Shown here: in pieces, positions 21,901 through 35,000 of the stretch | Position numbering within the stretch: the stretch's first letter is position 1 | Layout: each line of letters opens with the position of its first letter | DNA from: Dehalococcoidia bacterium | GTDB taxonomy: Bacteria; Chloroflexota; Dehalococcoidia; UBA2979 | NCBI GenBank assembly: GCA_965219085.1 | Contig: OZ244720.1 | Span: forward strand, 320,001-384,000 | Reading direction: 5' to 3' | DNA length: 64,000 nucleotides | Notes under the pieces: generated by a model | What the model saw: only the letters and a program-made list of their open reading frames with translations | Database searches by the model: none | What the model was told of the DNA's origin: nothing | Position numbers and translations under genes: made by a program

Positions 21901-23911
21901 TCCCTCATAGAAGCTACCACCCCCGCGACGACCAGGACCCGCCGTCCGGGGGCGGCCGCAACCGCGAAGTGGACTTCCGCGGGCAGCGCCGGAGCAGCGA
22001 CACGCACGTCAGCAGCACCGACCCCGATGCGCGGCTCTACAAGAAGGGTTCGGGACAGGCGGCGAAGCTGAGCTACCTGGGACACGTGCTCACCGAGAAC
22101 CGCCACGGCCTGGTGGTCGACGTGGAGCTGAGCGAGGCGAACGGCCGCGCCGAGCGTGAGGCGGCGCTGCAGATGGTGGAGCGCAGCACCGCCGGCCGGG
22201 CCACGCTGGGAGCCGACCGCGGCTACGACACGCGCGGCTTCGTGAGGGAGCTGCGCTCGCTGGGGGTGACCCCGCACTTGGCGCGCAACGACCGCCGCTG
22301 GGGACGCAGCGCGGTGGACGGGCGCACGACGCGGCACCCCGGGTACGCCGTGAGCCAGCGGCGCCGCAAGCGTGTGGAGGAGGTCTTCGGCTGGCTGAAG
22401 ACGGTGGGCGGAGGCCGCAAGCTGCGCTACGTGGGGCCGGCGCGCAACCGCCTGTGGCTGGAGTTCGCCGCCGCGGCCTACAACCTCGTGCGCATGGCCA
22501 AGCTCGAACTCGCCCCGGCGTAGGCGCAGTGCGCCCGGCGCGCGTCCGGGAGGGTGCGGATGCGCCGGGGCGGTCCCTCGAACGACCCCCGTGACGGCCA
22601 TCGCGACCGCCCTGGGGCCCCTTGGACTCGCCTCGGACCGGTTCTTCAGCAGATTGGGAAGCCTATGACCATATTGGAGACGGCACGAGGACGGCCGCCG
22701 CCTTACTTATGTTCAAGTTGATCAATACACGGAACACAGCCGGCATCACGGAATGGACGGCTCAGCCAGGCGCAACGGTCGCAGGCGGAAGCGGCCGGGC
22801 GGCCGTGGTACTCGTGCCGCCAAGCACGTGCACGGGTTGGTCACGCCGCCGGACCGCGACGTGGTGTCATCCGAGCGCCAGGAAAAGCCGCGGATCAGGT
22901 AGCGATCCGCCGGTCCGACACCCATCTCGAAGCAGCAGTCGTCGTCAATCGAGATGACTTCCTGATCACCTTCAACGGGTTGGTTGTACGTCGAACCGAG
23001 GATGCCGCTGGCCCGCCTCGAGCCCTCGATGACCAGGCGCAGCACGCTGTCGCGCCCCGCGGAACCAGTCCAGTGTCCAGTCCCATTCAGTGCTCGGAGA
23101 TGCGATTGGTTCCCGAGCTCGGCGCCCGCCTCGCCGCCCTCGTCCTCCGCGTCCGACGTCGTCTCCTTGATCGACAGCGAGGAGCCGAACTCCGTCAGCA
23201 CGATGTGGTAGCGGACACGGTGGTAGGCGAGCACGCCCGGCGGCGCGGTGAACCTGTTCCGGCCGACCCGGAGCGATGGCGGGTTCTCGAAGTCGAACAG
23301 CTTGATTCGCGGGCTCGAACTTCGAGTGGAGTGATCGCCGATCCAGAGCGAGACGGTCAGACTGGATGGGACCGCGGCCAGCTCGATCGAGACACTCGAG
23401 AGTTCGTAGCCCTGGCCGTGGTCGCCCAGCATGAACTCATGCGCGTACTGCTTGTCGATCACCGCCGTGGCCGACCCCGACTGACCCGTATTGCCGACCA
23501 GCGTCGATGGGGACGACAATGCGGTCGCTTCGAGGACCGGACCGAACGGCAGACTCGTCACGGCCTCCGAATAGTTGTCCCGGTCCGTGAATGAGACTGT
23601 TACCTTGATCAACTTGCCGAGATCGGCGTCGACAAGCCGATACCTGGCCGAGCCGTCGCCGATGTTGGTCTCGTTCATGCCGTCGATTCGGATCCACTGG
23701 TAGGAGTAGATGAACTTGATCTCAGCCCCCACTCCAACACCAACGTTCCCCTGAAGATCGGAGAAGGGGAGCCCGTTCCCGTCGGCGATGCGCGAAGTGT
23801 CGGCAAACAGATAGGGAGCGCCTTCCGCCGAAGCCAGAATGATCGGCTTGCCGGTGGCGGACTGGTCGGCGGAGTCTGGGCGTGGGCGACCCCGGGGACG
23901 TTACCCAGTAC

Positions 23912-25278
23912 GGTAGCGTCCCAGGAAGTGGTGTCACAGGAGGTAGACGTAGGAGACCACAGCGCCATCCTTCACAAGAAGAAGAGTCACGTGGAGGAGG
24001 ACGACTGTGGTCAAGGAGAGCGTGGACTTGTTGGAACTGCTGCGCAAGCAGACGGACGGAGCTGACCTCGACTTCCTGCGCGAGGCGGTCGCGCTGCTCG
24101 CCCAGGCGGTGATGGACGCCGAGGTCTCGGCGCAGATCGGCGCCGCTCACGGCGAGCGCAGCGAGACGCGCCTGACCCGGCGCAACGGCTACCGGCCGCG
24201 GCGCTGGGACACGCGCGTGGGCACGATCGAACTGGGCATCCCGAAGCTGCGCGAGGGCAGCTACTTCCCCTCGCTGCTCGAGCCGCGGCGGCGCTCAGAG
24301 CGCGCCCTGGTATCCGTGGTCACGCAGGCCTACGTCGAGGGCGTTTCGACGCGCCGCGTCGACGACCTCGTGCGCTCGCTCGGCTGCGACGGCATCTCCA
24401 AGAGCCAGGTCTCGCGCATGTGCGCTGAACTCGACGAGGTCGTCTCGAGCTTCCTCGAGCGGCCCCTCGACTCAGGCCCCTACCGCTACCTCTGGCTCGA
24501 CGCGCTCACCCAGCTCGTGCGCGAGGAGGGCCGCGTCGTGCAGGTGAGCGTCGTCGTCGCCACCGCCGTCAACGCCTCCGGCAAGCGCGAGCTGCTGGGC
24601 ATCGACGTCGGCACCTCCGAGGACGGGGCGTTCTGGCTGGGCTTCCTGCGCGGCCTCGTGGCGCGCGGCCTGTCCGGGGTCGAGCTCGTGACCTCGGACG
24701 CCCACCAGGGACTGCGGGCGGCGATCGCGACGGTCTTCGCCGGCGCCTCCTGGCAGCGCTGCCGCACGCACTTCATGCGCAACCTGCTGACCCGGGTGCC
24801 GAAGAGCGCCGAGAAGCTGGTGGCGACGACGGTGCGGACGATCTACGAGCAGTCCTCGGCGGCCGAGGTGCAGGCCCAACACGCCCGCGTGGTGGAGCAG
24901 CTCGCCGAGCGCTTCCCCGAAGCCGCGGCGCTGCTCGCCGACGCCGACCCGGAGATCCTGGCATTCACCGCCTTCCCGGTCGCCCACTGGCGGCAGGTCT
25001 GGTCGAACAACCCGCTGGAACGGCTCAACAAGGAGATCCGGCGGCGCACCAACGTCGTCGGCATCTTCCCCAACCGTGCCGCCGTCGTGCGGCTGGTCGG
25101 CGCCGTGCTCGCCGAGCAGCACGACGAGTGGGCGGAGGGGCGGCGCTACATGACGATGCTGCAGCCGCTGCCGGCGGCCGTGGCCGAGGTCGCCTCAGGC
25201 GAGGAGGTGCTGCTGCAGACCGCCAGCTAGCAACTGATCAGGATGGTGCACTGTTACACCACTTGCAGGGACGTTCGC
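23912..25278 (+). mobile_element. IS256-family insertion sequence in the signal-peptide region of gene C
   Basis: TIRs GGTAGCGTCCCAGGAAGTGGTGTCACAG / CTGTTACACCACTTGCAGGGACGTTCGC; flanking duplication CCAGTAC (23905-23911, 25278-25284); exact right end ambiguous by 1-2 nt. Confidence 0.9.
24007..25230 (+). CDS. IS256-family transposase
   Basis: RNGYR, IPKLREGSYFPS, YLWLDA, TSDAHQGL, WQRCRTHF, SNNPLERLNKEIRRR. Confidence 0.95.
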   Translation: MVKESVDLLELLRKQTDGADLDFLREAVALLAQAVMDAEVSAQIGAAHGERSETRLTRRNGYRPRRWDTRVGTIELGIPKLREGSYFPSLLEPRRRSERALVSVVTQAYVEGVSTRRVDDLVRSLGCDGISKSQVSRMCAELDEVVSSFLERPLDSGPYRYLWLDALTQLVREEGRVVQVSVVVATAVNASGKRELLGIDVGTSEDGAFWLGFLRGLVARGLSGVELVTSDAHQGLRAAIATVFAGASWQRCRTHFMRNLLTRVPKSAEKLVATTVRTIYEQSSAAEVQAQHARVVEQLAERFPEAAALLADADPEILAFTAFPVAHWRQVWSNNPLERLNKEIRRRTNVVGIFPNRAAVVRLVGAVLAEQHDEWAEGRRYMTMLQPLPAAVAEVASGEEVLLQTAS

Positions 25279-25299
25279 CAGTACAGCAAAGACCGCCAG

Positions 25300-25966
25300 T
25301 CCGATGAGCAGCAGCGGGAGGGGCGCGATACGCCGGGAGGCGATCACGAGTTACCCCCGGCCTGCCAGCACCCACCAAAAAAAAATCGGGGGGGTACGTA
25401 TGTGCCAGGTCGCCCTGCACGGCAGACCCCAGCGCGGCGGTCGCTTCAGGCGCCAAGAACTGGTCTGTCACGCGCAACGGGATGTCTTCCCAATTCCCAA
25501 CCCGGAGTGGCCGGGGCCACCATCGAGCGCAATCCGGCCCGTGATTCGGGCACACGCTGACGCTCTCCCGACATCCTCGTAAGTGCCGAGCGGCATAATC
25601 GGGAGGCCAGTTTGTTTGCTCCCAGGGAGAGCGATTCCGCGACTGAGACAGGTGCTGCTGCTCTGGTGGTCGCTTCGCGCGCGATGGTTGCCGGGTCGTG
25701 TGCGCACGGACGTTCCGTCCGCCGTCCCAGGTGCATGCACTGGACTCTCGAGCGCCACTCAGTAGAAATCGGCCCACTTCGATGGCAATTCGGTGAGTAT
25801 TCTCAAGAAAGAGCTACGGCGGCAACAAGACCAATCGCGTGAGTCTCGGGCCTTTTTCTGTGAGGCTACGTGAGGGGTTTACTGCATTCCGGGTATGAAC
25901 CTGCTCGCGGACCAGGCGGCGCCGTCGGGGAAGCCGTCCAAGGTGCCACTCCCGCGCGCTGCAGGG
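25300..25966. repeat. ~670-bp duplication of ~37235-37960 (spacer, conserved element copy C at ~25558-25685, 5'UTR and first codons MIASRR)
   Basis: Aligned by eye; e.g. GAGTTACCCCCGGCCTGCCAGCACCCACC and TATGTGCCAGGTCGCCCTGCACGGCAGACCCCAGCGCGGCG are shared. Confidence 0.9.
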
Positions 25967-26075
25967 TGTTCCGGTAGGCCATGAAGACGACCTGGACGGG
26001 CTGCGTCTGGCCGATCCGTCAGGGCCTGCGCGAGGCCTGCCCGCATCGTGTAGACAGAGTCGGCCTCGAATCAGA
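25959..26075 (-). pseudogene. Short degenerate helicase 3' remnant
   Basis: FEAD-SVYTMR.ASRR..RIGQTQPVQVVFMAYRNTLQ; joins the spacer at CTGCAGGG, an apparent microhomology. Confidence 0.8.
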
Positions 26076-26095
26076 CAGACGCGGACGGGAAGAGG

Positions 26096-29000
26096 TCAGT
26101 TGGCTTCGGGAGGCCCTTCGCTCCTGGCGACCAGTGGTGTGAGCGGGGGAACGCCCTCGGCGAACAATTCCCGGAATGGCTGGTTCGCGAACTCCGGCGC
26201 GCCGAGGATGTAGGAGACCCACTCCCCGTCCGCGAGGACATACACGGACGTGAAGTGGCGGCTCTGCGCGCACACCTCCAGTTCCTCAACACTGCCCCCC
26301 TCGTAGACGACGAGGCTGAAGCCCTCGACGACATCCCCGCGCAAGCACTCCGGCCACGGCTGCGGGCCAGCGCCGTCCAGCTCAGCCCCGAACGGGTCCG
26401 CCGAGGGCGGTCCGTTGCTGCCGACGACGAGAGGCGCCATGATCAGGGGCCCGTCGGCGAACAGCTCTCTGAACTCGCGGTTGACGAAGTCGGGCGCGCC
26501 GAGGATGTAGGACACGTAGACGCCCTCGTGGAGGACGTAGAGGGCTACGATGTTCCGGCTCTCGGCGCAGGCCGCCAGTTCCTCGACGCTTCCGCCCTCG
26601 TAGACCACAAGGCTGAAGCCTTCGGCCACGGCGCCGCGCAGACAGTGCGGCCAGGGATCGCTCGCGGAGTTCCACCCTGTCTCGGCGAAGCGTACCCGGT
26701 AGGTCTTGATGCGACTGCCGTCGGCCGAGGTGACGACGACCGTGATCTCACTGAGGTCCTGGAAGTCGATCTGGTGGCCGTCCGTTTCCTCGTCGGCGTC
26801 GGGCGGGTCGATGTCGATATCCGTGCGGCGCTGCAGCGCCTCCGCATCCACGGTCGTCTGCGTCATGCCCTCGTGTGGGATTCCCTCGTAGTCGGTGCGG
26901 TTGCGGTCGAACTCCCCGATGTCAACGGCGCTCAGGGTGAGCGAGGCAAGGCGTGCGTCAATGACGTCGGGGATGTTGTAGGTGTAAACCTTATCGTCGC
27001 TCTGGTCGGCCACGTACATGACGTCGCCGTCGGACCAGATGCCGCGCGGGCTGTTGTTGCTGGCGCCGTTCAGCTCCCTGAAGTCCTCATCACCGACGCG
27101 TTCGAGTGACATGTCCTCGCCGGAGGGCTCTTGCTCATTCGGCAGCGCGGGCAGCCGGTAGGCGAGAAGCCGCTTCCGCCCATGGTCCGAGACCCAGACG
27201 CCGACGCCATCCGACCAGATGCCGTGGGGGTCGCCGTTGGTGTCGTCGAGGGCGTACTCGCCGAGGAGTTCACGGGACGTCAGGTTGTAGGCGAACAGCG
27301 CATCCGTGCGGCTGTCGAGCACCCACATGATCCGGTCGCGAGACCAGATGCCGCGAACGTCGGGGTTGTCGCGGTGGAGCACGATGTCGCGGTCCCGTAG
27401 CCGCTCGCCGCTGGCGAGATCGTGCGCGAAGAGGCGGTCCTGGCCGCTGTCGGCGACCCACAGCGTCTCGCCATCGGACCAGATGCCCCGCGGGGCGCGA
27501 TTCGTCTCATCGAGTGCGAACTCACGCTCCTCGACGCGCTCGCCGCTCGCGAGGTCGTAGGCATAGATCGCGTCGTCGGCGCCGTCGCCGTTGTGGGCGA
27601 GCCAGAGCGTGGTGCCGTCCGACCACATCCCCGTCGGCTTGTCATGGCCGCTGTCGAGCGCCTCGATGTCCTGCTTCACGGTCCACTCGAAGTCGACGGT
27701 GCTGGGGCTGGGTCCCGAGGGCCCACCGCCGCCACCTCCAGCGAGGCCGCCCCCACCGACGGTGATCGGTGGTCCCGCCGGGCCGGCCGTGACGGTGATG
27801 GTCACCTCGACGGTCGCCCTGCCGCCGTTCGCGTCGTCCGCCTCGACCGTGACGCTGTACGTGTCTGTCGTCGCGGTGTCGAAGGTAACCCCGGCGGCGA
27901 CGGTGATCTGACCGCGGCGCGGATCGATATCAAAGAAGCCTGCGTCGGTCCCGAAGAGGCTGTACGTGAGCCTGTCCTCGTCGATGTCCGTGGCCGTCAC
28001 GGGCGCACCGACGTTGTCGCCCTCCCCGGCGCTCTCGGCGACGCTGCGCTCCGCGGTCGCCGAGGCGAACCCGGGGTCGTCGTTGACCCCTTCGACGTTG
28101 ACGCTGACGGTCGCCGTGCCGGAGAGGGAGGGGCTGCCGCTGTCCCGGACCGTGTAGGTGAAGCTGTCGGCGCCGTGGTAGTTGGCCCGGGGCGTGTACG
28201 TGATCGTGTAGAGCTCACCGGGATTCTGCGGGGCGTTCACCACGACCTGCCCGTTGCGCGCATTCCCCGCGCTCACTGTCAGGTCGCTCACGTCGTCCTC
28301 GGGGTCGCTGTCGTTGTTGAGCACGTCGATGATGACCGAGTCGTCCTCGTCGACGGTGGCGCTGTCGGCCACGGCCTCCGGCGGCTCGTTCACATCGGTG
28401 ACGGTGATCGTGACGTCGATCGTGTCGAACGCATTGGAGCTGTCGCTGGCCTTGACGGTGACCGTGTGTGAGCGCGCCGTCTCGTCATCGTAGTCGAGCG
28501 ACCCTGCCGCCTTCACCCGGATCTGGCCGTTGGCGCTGTCGATCGTGAAGAGGTCCGACTCGGGCTCGAACTCGTACCGCAGCGTGTCCCCGCTGTCCGT
28601 ATCGGTGGCCGTCACGCGAGCGCCGACCGCGGCGTTCGCGCCGGCGTTCTCGGGGATGTCGCGGGTCGTGGTTGTGTCGGCGAACGCCGGCGGGATGTTG
28701 ACGACGGGCTTCGCCCGCACGGTGCTGGACGACACCACCTCGCGGCTCTTGTTCGGCCCGTGTCCATCCTCGTAGGCGGCGGTCGCGCGGAGGTAGTAGC
28801 CGATGTCTCCCGCGAGGGGCGTGTACGCGCTGGTCGTGAGGCCGTCGACGGCGCCGCTTACGGCCGCCCAGCCGCTCGTCCGGCTCGTCGAGCGCACCCA
28901 GGTCCACGTCGTCGAGACCACCCCGTCGGCGTCGCTGAGCGTGGCGGTGTATTCCGCCTCCTCCTGTGGGCGCGTCGAGGGGAAGGCGAGCGTGCCGGTC

Positions 29001-32000
29001 TCGTCCCTGTTCGTGATGGTGACGGCGACATTCAGGGTGGTGGTGTGGCCGCCGGCGGAGACGCTCAGGGTCACGTCGTATACGTTGTTGCCGCCCGAGT
29101 CCTCCGCGTCCTCGTAGTCCGGCGCCGTCTTGAAGCGGAGCCGCCCGTTCGAGGCGTTGAAGTCGAACTTGTCGCTGTCGCTCCCGACGAGTGGCTGCCA
29201 GGCGATGGTGGCGCTCTCGGGGTCCGCTGCCCGGTACGTCCCGACTTGGAGCGTTCCCTCTTCCTCGATCCTAAGTGCCGCGTCGCCGCTGATGGTGGGC
29301 AGCTCATTGACGGGGTCGACGGTGACGGTGAGCGCGATGCTGCCCGTCTTGCCGTCGCTGTCGCGGGCGCTCACCGTGATGTCGTAGACGTTGTTCCCAC
29401 CGGAGTCGGCCGGGCGCTCGTGGTCGGGGACGTTGGCGAAGGAGAGCCCGCCGCCGGCGGTGATGACGAAGTCGCCCCGGTCGCTTCCCCCGAGGGACCA
29501 CGTGTACGTCAGACTGGGCTTCTGCTCCGGGTCGCTCGCGCTGAAGGTGGCCAGCGTGCCCTCATGGTTCTCGTCCACGGCGAGCGCATTGTTGTTCACG
29601 GTGACGCCGTCAGCCGCAGCGAAGGAGATGTCCGCCGGTTCGTCCACGTCGGTGACGGTGATGGTCACGTCCAGGGTTCCGGTCTGGACTCCACTCTCGC
29701 CGTCTGCGGAAGCTCGCAGGGTGACGTCGTACTCTTCCTGGTCCTCGTAGTTGGGAGGCGCCCTGAACGTGAGCACGCCGCTCGCGCTGAGCCTAAAAGC
29801 GCCGCTGTCCGGACCTCCGAGCGGCAGCCATGTCACCGGTTCGCCCTCGGGGTCGCGCGCTCGGTAGGTGGCGACCGCTCCGGTGCGGTTCTCGGCGAGC
29901 TCGATGCTGTGTTGCCCGGTGATCTCCGGCGGCTCGTCGATGTTCGCGACGGTGATGTCCACGGTGGTGACGATGGAGCCGTCCGTATCAGTCGCCGTCA
30001 CGGTCACCGTGTAGCTGTCCTTCGATTCGTAGTCGTAGGTCACCCCCGCCTTGGTCCATAGTTGACCAGTCGAAGTATCGAGGTTGAATGATTCGCCGTC
30101 CGGGCCGCCGAGGCTGTAACTGTACGTACCGCTGTTTGCCGTGGCCGCGACGGGAAGGCCGATGTTCACGCCAGCGGTCGAGTTCTCGACAAGGCTGCGT
30201 TTCGTCCGGATCGACCGGAGCCTGAATGAGAGGCTGGCCATCGGTGCAGTTGTGAACAGGCCAGTCCCGCGGATGCTCGTGATGTCCCCGCGCGGAGTCG
30301 TGTCAACGTTGGGGGAAAGTGAGAAGTCGTCGCCCTCCTCGGTACCGGCGTCCCAGGGGAAGAGGTGCACCTGGTGCGTACGCAGCCAGTGACCCGAGCC
30401 GTCAAGCAGCGGCAGCCCGGAGACTCCCACGAACCAGTCGTGGCTCGGGTCGATCTTCGTCACAAGCGTGATCCGCGGAAACGCGGTCGTGAACGTGACA
30501 TTGCTCAGCGTTGCCAACTCGACGCGGCTGATATAGCCATCATTTCCTTCAATGAGCGCGAGGGCATTAGGTTGGAGCGTGTTGAGTGCGGCCCGAATTT
30601 CGCCCTCGAGCGCGTCGGTGTTGCCGCGTTCCGCCATGTGCTCCATCCCAGCACTGGCCCTCTCGCCGCTGGCGAGGAAGGTCACCGCGGCGTTGTGGAC
30701 CGCGCCAACGAGCTTTGAGAAGTGCGCACCTCGGGGCCGCCCGGCCCGGTCCGGTACGGCAGCCACATTCCAGCTGGCCTGGAATTGCACATCGTAGCTG
30801 GCGGTTGACGCAAACGGCGCAACAGCATCGGTCGCAGATGGACTGAGCGATCTGTCCTCCTCGGTGCGTGTGACGGTGATCGTGTATGTCCGCACGGCAA
30901 TGCCGTCGGGAGCCGTCACTCTGATCTTGATGACGTTCTCGCCCGCCTCCAGTCCTACCTGAAGGCCATCGGTGTTGGTGTCTGCGTCGACGATCGTGTG
31001 GCCGGCGACGTCGAGGTATGCCAGGGACGCACCGGTCCGGTTGCCGGCTCCGGCGATGGTGATCCGCGTCACCGTATACCCGACCGCCGCCGTATACGAG
31101 TCCTTCATGCGGTCGAACTTCGGCGCCAGCGTTACGCCGCCCAGGGTCAGCGCGCTCAGCGTGGCGTCGGCGGAGACTGCCGTCGTCCCAACCCAGGTAT
31201 CCGACCAGTCCCCCGCGCCAACTGCATTGCGCGCTCGGACCTGTAAGTCGTACTGCGTGCTGTCCGCAAGCCCCCTGACTGTGTACGTCGGGGCGGCGCC
31301 TTGGGCGAATTTGAGGTTCATGTAGTCCCACGCGAAGTAGGTTGTCAGCATCGAGTCGCTGCGGATGTAGCGCAAGTCGTAGGCGGTGATCCGGGCCCCG
31401 CCGTTGTCAGCCGGCGGATCCCAGTTGATCGTGAGCGTCCGGTCTGTCGCCGTGGCCGAGGTGATCACGGGACGCCCAGGCAGGGTCCGCGGTGTCCCCG
31501 ATCTGGTCGCCGACCAGGGGCCGTCGCCGGCGGCATTGACGGCCCTGACCTGTATGTCAAGGGCGACGCCGTTGGAGAGCTCCGACAAGGTGTGTTCGAG
31601 CGCGCCGCCGGTCCAGATGGCCGGTTCGCTGGTCCAGAATGAGTCGGACTGATCGGGAGCGTTGCTGCGGATGGAGCGCAGGTCGTATGCCGTGATCGTC
31701 GCTCCCCCGTCGCTGGCGGGTGCGCTCCAGCGGACGGTGAGCTTCGCGTCGCCGCTGGTCACGGAGTTGATCAGCGGAGCGCCCGCCAGGGTTCGCGGCG
31801 CAGCGGATTGGGGCGGGGACCAGGTCAGTTCGGCGTTCGCGGTGACCGCCCGCACCTGGACGTCGTAAGCGACGCCGTTGATTAGGCCCGTGAGCGTGAC
31901 TTCGAGGCTGCTGGAGGCCGGGAGCCCTTCCCGGACGGTCCAGTGGGCGTCGGCCTTGTCGCTGGCGTCGCTGCGGAGGTAGCGCAGCTTGTACGACGCG

Positions 32001-35000
32001 ACGGTTTCGCCGCTCGTGTCGGTGGGCGCGCTCCAGACGACCGTCAACGACTGGTCGCCCGGCGTCAGTGAATCAATCGTGGCAGCGGCGGGTGTGCCGG
32101 GGATTCCGATCACGCTGTCCGACCAGAGGCCGTCGCCGTCGTTGTTGACCGCCCGCACCTGCACGTCGTACGGGACCAAACCGCTGAGGCCGCTGATGGT
32201 GTGCGCCAAGCCTTCCCCCGAATTCGTTGTCCATACGTCCGCTACAACGGTCCAGTTCGTGTCTACGGATTCGTCGGCGTCGGACTCGATGTAACGCAGG
32301 TCGTAGGCGGTCAGGTCAGACGCGCCGACGTTGGCCGGGGCGGTCCAGGCCACGCTGAGCGCGTAGTCGCTGCTGCTCAGCGACGTAATCGCGGGGCGGC
32401 CGGGAGAGCGCCTGTGGCCGTACACCGTCAGGCGCCAGGAAGTCAGGCTGGCGGTTGTCCCGCCTGTCAAGCGGTCGCTGACTCGCAGTTTCCAGTCGCC
32501 GGCCGGGTCCTCACCAAGATGCCGAGCCGACCCGAAACGGAACTCGCCATTCAGACTACAGGCGCCACCACCCAGGAAGGCGGAAAGCCTCGCGCATTCG
32601 CCGCTGGACCCGAGCGCCTTGGTCAACCGGGATACCGCGCCCGATGGCGAGACCAACTCCACACGCAGGTCGCGGAAGACCGGCGCCTCCAGGGTGACAT
32701 CTATCGCGACGAACTCGGTGAACTGGATCTCTGGGCCCATGCTGATGCTGGTCTCGACCGTGGTAGGCGTGCCCGAGGACGGGTTGGGAATCGCCAGATC
32801 GACAACGCCCGACTCTTCAGACATGGCAACAAAGTCCGCAAGCCGAGTCCAGTTGTCGGCCAGATCCATCGCCGCCTTGGCATCCACGACGCCGAAGCCG
32901 TATTCGCGGTTGAAGTCGTAGTGCTCGGTCGTCGACCCGTACTCGAGTGCGCCCTGTTTCCAGCCGCTGTTTGTCGAGTCGTTCTTTCGCGCGGAGCCGG
33001 CAAGGATGAGCTTGACGTCCCGCCAGGTTAAGTCGTTGTGAGCGGCTCGCAACAGCGCGGCGACGCCGGAGACGATCGGGGCTGACACGGAAGTCCCGTT
33101 GAACTCTCGCGTATAGCCACTACCGCTGGTGGTGGTGGTGACTTCCTCATCGGAGACCCCGGGATCAGCGGACGGTGCGCAAACCCAAAGGTTGGCTCCG
33201 GTTTCCGAATACCCCGCCCGATCCCCTTTGTCGTTGACTGCGCAGACAGCGGTGGAACTGTAGTGGTTGGCGTATTCGTTGAGATTGGCGTACCCGCCGA
33301 TCCGATGAGCGTTGCCGGCTGCCCACACATAGAAGACGCCCTTGCCCCCGTAACCTTCAGTCACCCCCCGCTCCACGGCCAGCTCCCAGATCGCGGGTGC
33401 ATGAGCGTAGCCCCGTCCCCGCGTCGGACCCCAGCTGTTGTTGGAGACAGCGGTTGTGTCCATCGCGCGAGTCATCGCATCTGCTGTGTTCTGATCGGTC
33501 CGGTCCTCGGTCAGGTTGAGGCCGTAGATCTTCGACCGAGGCGCGACGCCTCTGACCCCAATCTCGTTGGCTGCTGCGGCGATGATGCCCGCCACGTTCG
33601 TGCCGTGGGAGAAGTCGGGGTCATCCAAGCCCAGCACGGCGGTGTAGTCGTGGTTGAGGTCGGCGATGACGTTGGCCTTCAGGTCCTTGTGCGTGTAATC
33701 CAGACCGTCGTCGACCACCGCTACGGTCGCGCCGTCCCCCAGCTTGCCGGCCGCCCACACCGCTTCCACGTTGATGTCTTCGCCCGCCGTGCCATCGAAT
33801 TGACCCGTGTTGCGCAAGTGCCACTGACAACCGAAGAGCGGGTCGCTGAGAGCAGTGGCGATCACCATGCAGGCGTCGAGAGAACTGTCGTAAGAGATCG
33901 CGTCAGTCAGGAGCACGACATAGCGTCCCGTTGCGCTGCCGCTTCCCTCAGCGGAGCTGGTCAGCTTCAGATAGTGGGTGCCGGCGTCGAGCCGATCCAG
34001 CAGCGTGACGGCGATGGTGTCGCCCTGGCCGTAGATGTCCGAGAACAGGTTTGCGTCGACCGCTTGGCCGTCCTCATCAAGCAAGGTCGCAGCGAGATCG
34101 ACTGCTGCTCCCGCGGCGGAGATACGGACGTGCATGGCCGCGTCCGTTTCGATTTGGAAGTAGTCGGCATCAGTGGCCGGATCGATGGCGCCTGAGACGG
34201 GTCGACCGAAAGGCAACGGCAGTGCAGTCTCCTTCGTGCCGCCGGGCTCTGTCACCTGTTCCAGACCTACGACGTATCCGCCGACCTGTGCGCCCGCTGC
34301 TGTCACTTTGAGGTAATATGTCCCCGCGTCGAGGGTGACCAGGGCCAGGAAGCTGGTACCCGGGAGGCTTAGCTCCTCGACATCGGAGACTGGCTCGACG
34401 GCGCTGTTGAGCAGCGAGCCCGTCGCATTGACAGCGCCGCTGGCATAGGCGATCAGCGTCGTCTGCTCACTCAGGGTGAACGTGTACCAGTCCTCATCGC
34501 TTCCCTGATCGATGATCCCGGTTCGGACAGCGGCGACTTCGATGGATTGGGCATCGGTCCGGGCGGTCGTGTCGACAATCGTCTCGGTGTGCAGGACGTA
34601 GCTACCCGTCGCGCCTCCATAGCTCGTGACTCTCACGTAGTAAGTCCCGGCATCCAGGGATGTTCCGATCAGGAAGTTCCCTCTTCCCGATGCGATGTTG
34701 CCGTCGTCATTCTCCAGAATCAGTTCGCCGTCCGCGTCCAGCAACTCACCCACGCTGTCCAGATCGCCGCTGGCGCGAATGACGATTCCGGTCGCCGTCG
34801 TCAGTTCGAATTTGAACAGATCGGCGTCGGTCGCCCGCTCAATCATCCCTCCCAGCGGCGTGTTCAGCGGCAGGGTCGAGGATGTGATCAGGGCGCCGCC
34901 AGGTTCAGCGGGTGTGACGCTGGATGTCGCGGACCAGGCCCCCGCGGCTCCGGCGAACGCGCGGAGCTGCACATCGTAGCTCGTGCTGTTGCTGAGTCCG

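Larger units (their letters stand above)
20394..21911 (+). mobile_element. IS110-family (IS1111-group-like) element nested in the IS5 transposase gene
   Basis: Removing it restores CTC AAG AGC TAC (LKSY); AG core present at both junctions; subterminal inverted repeats ATGAGGG (20402-20408) / CCCTCAT (21902-21908); ~310-bp non-coding right end. Confidence 0.9.
19850..22656 (+). mobile_element. IS5-family element, its transposase (19923-20393 + 21912-22523) interrupted by an IS110-family element
   Basis: TIRs CAGGGTGCTGAAAAAG / GTTCTTCAGCAGATTG; motifs GRPSIPPE, YSVRSERQ, TVDGTLLEAWASLK|SYHPR, STDPDARL, ADRGYD, RKRVEEVFGWLK. Confidence 0.9.
18545..25347 (-). pseudogene. Secreted repeat protein C (LVGNTGQ / GY.(L/I)SSV.I.L repeats resembling choice-of-anchor R-type domains), broken by IS256, IS5(+IS110), a frameshift, a local inversion and 3' truncation
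   Basis: GTG 25347 gives MIASRRIAPLPLLLIGLAVFAVL|GNVPGVAHAQ. Fragments at 25347-25278, 23911-22831, 22657-22812 (inverted) and 19849-18545. Two copies of ..YSY.WIR.DG..ET..G..S.RY.LVDAD.GKLI.V.VS..DR. The domain family name is inferred. Confidence 0.75.
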
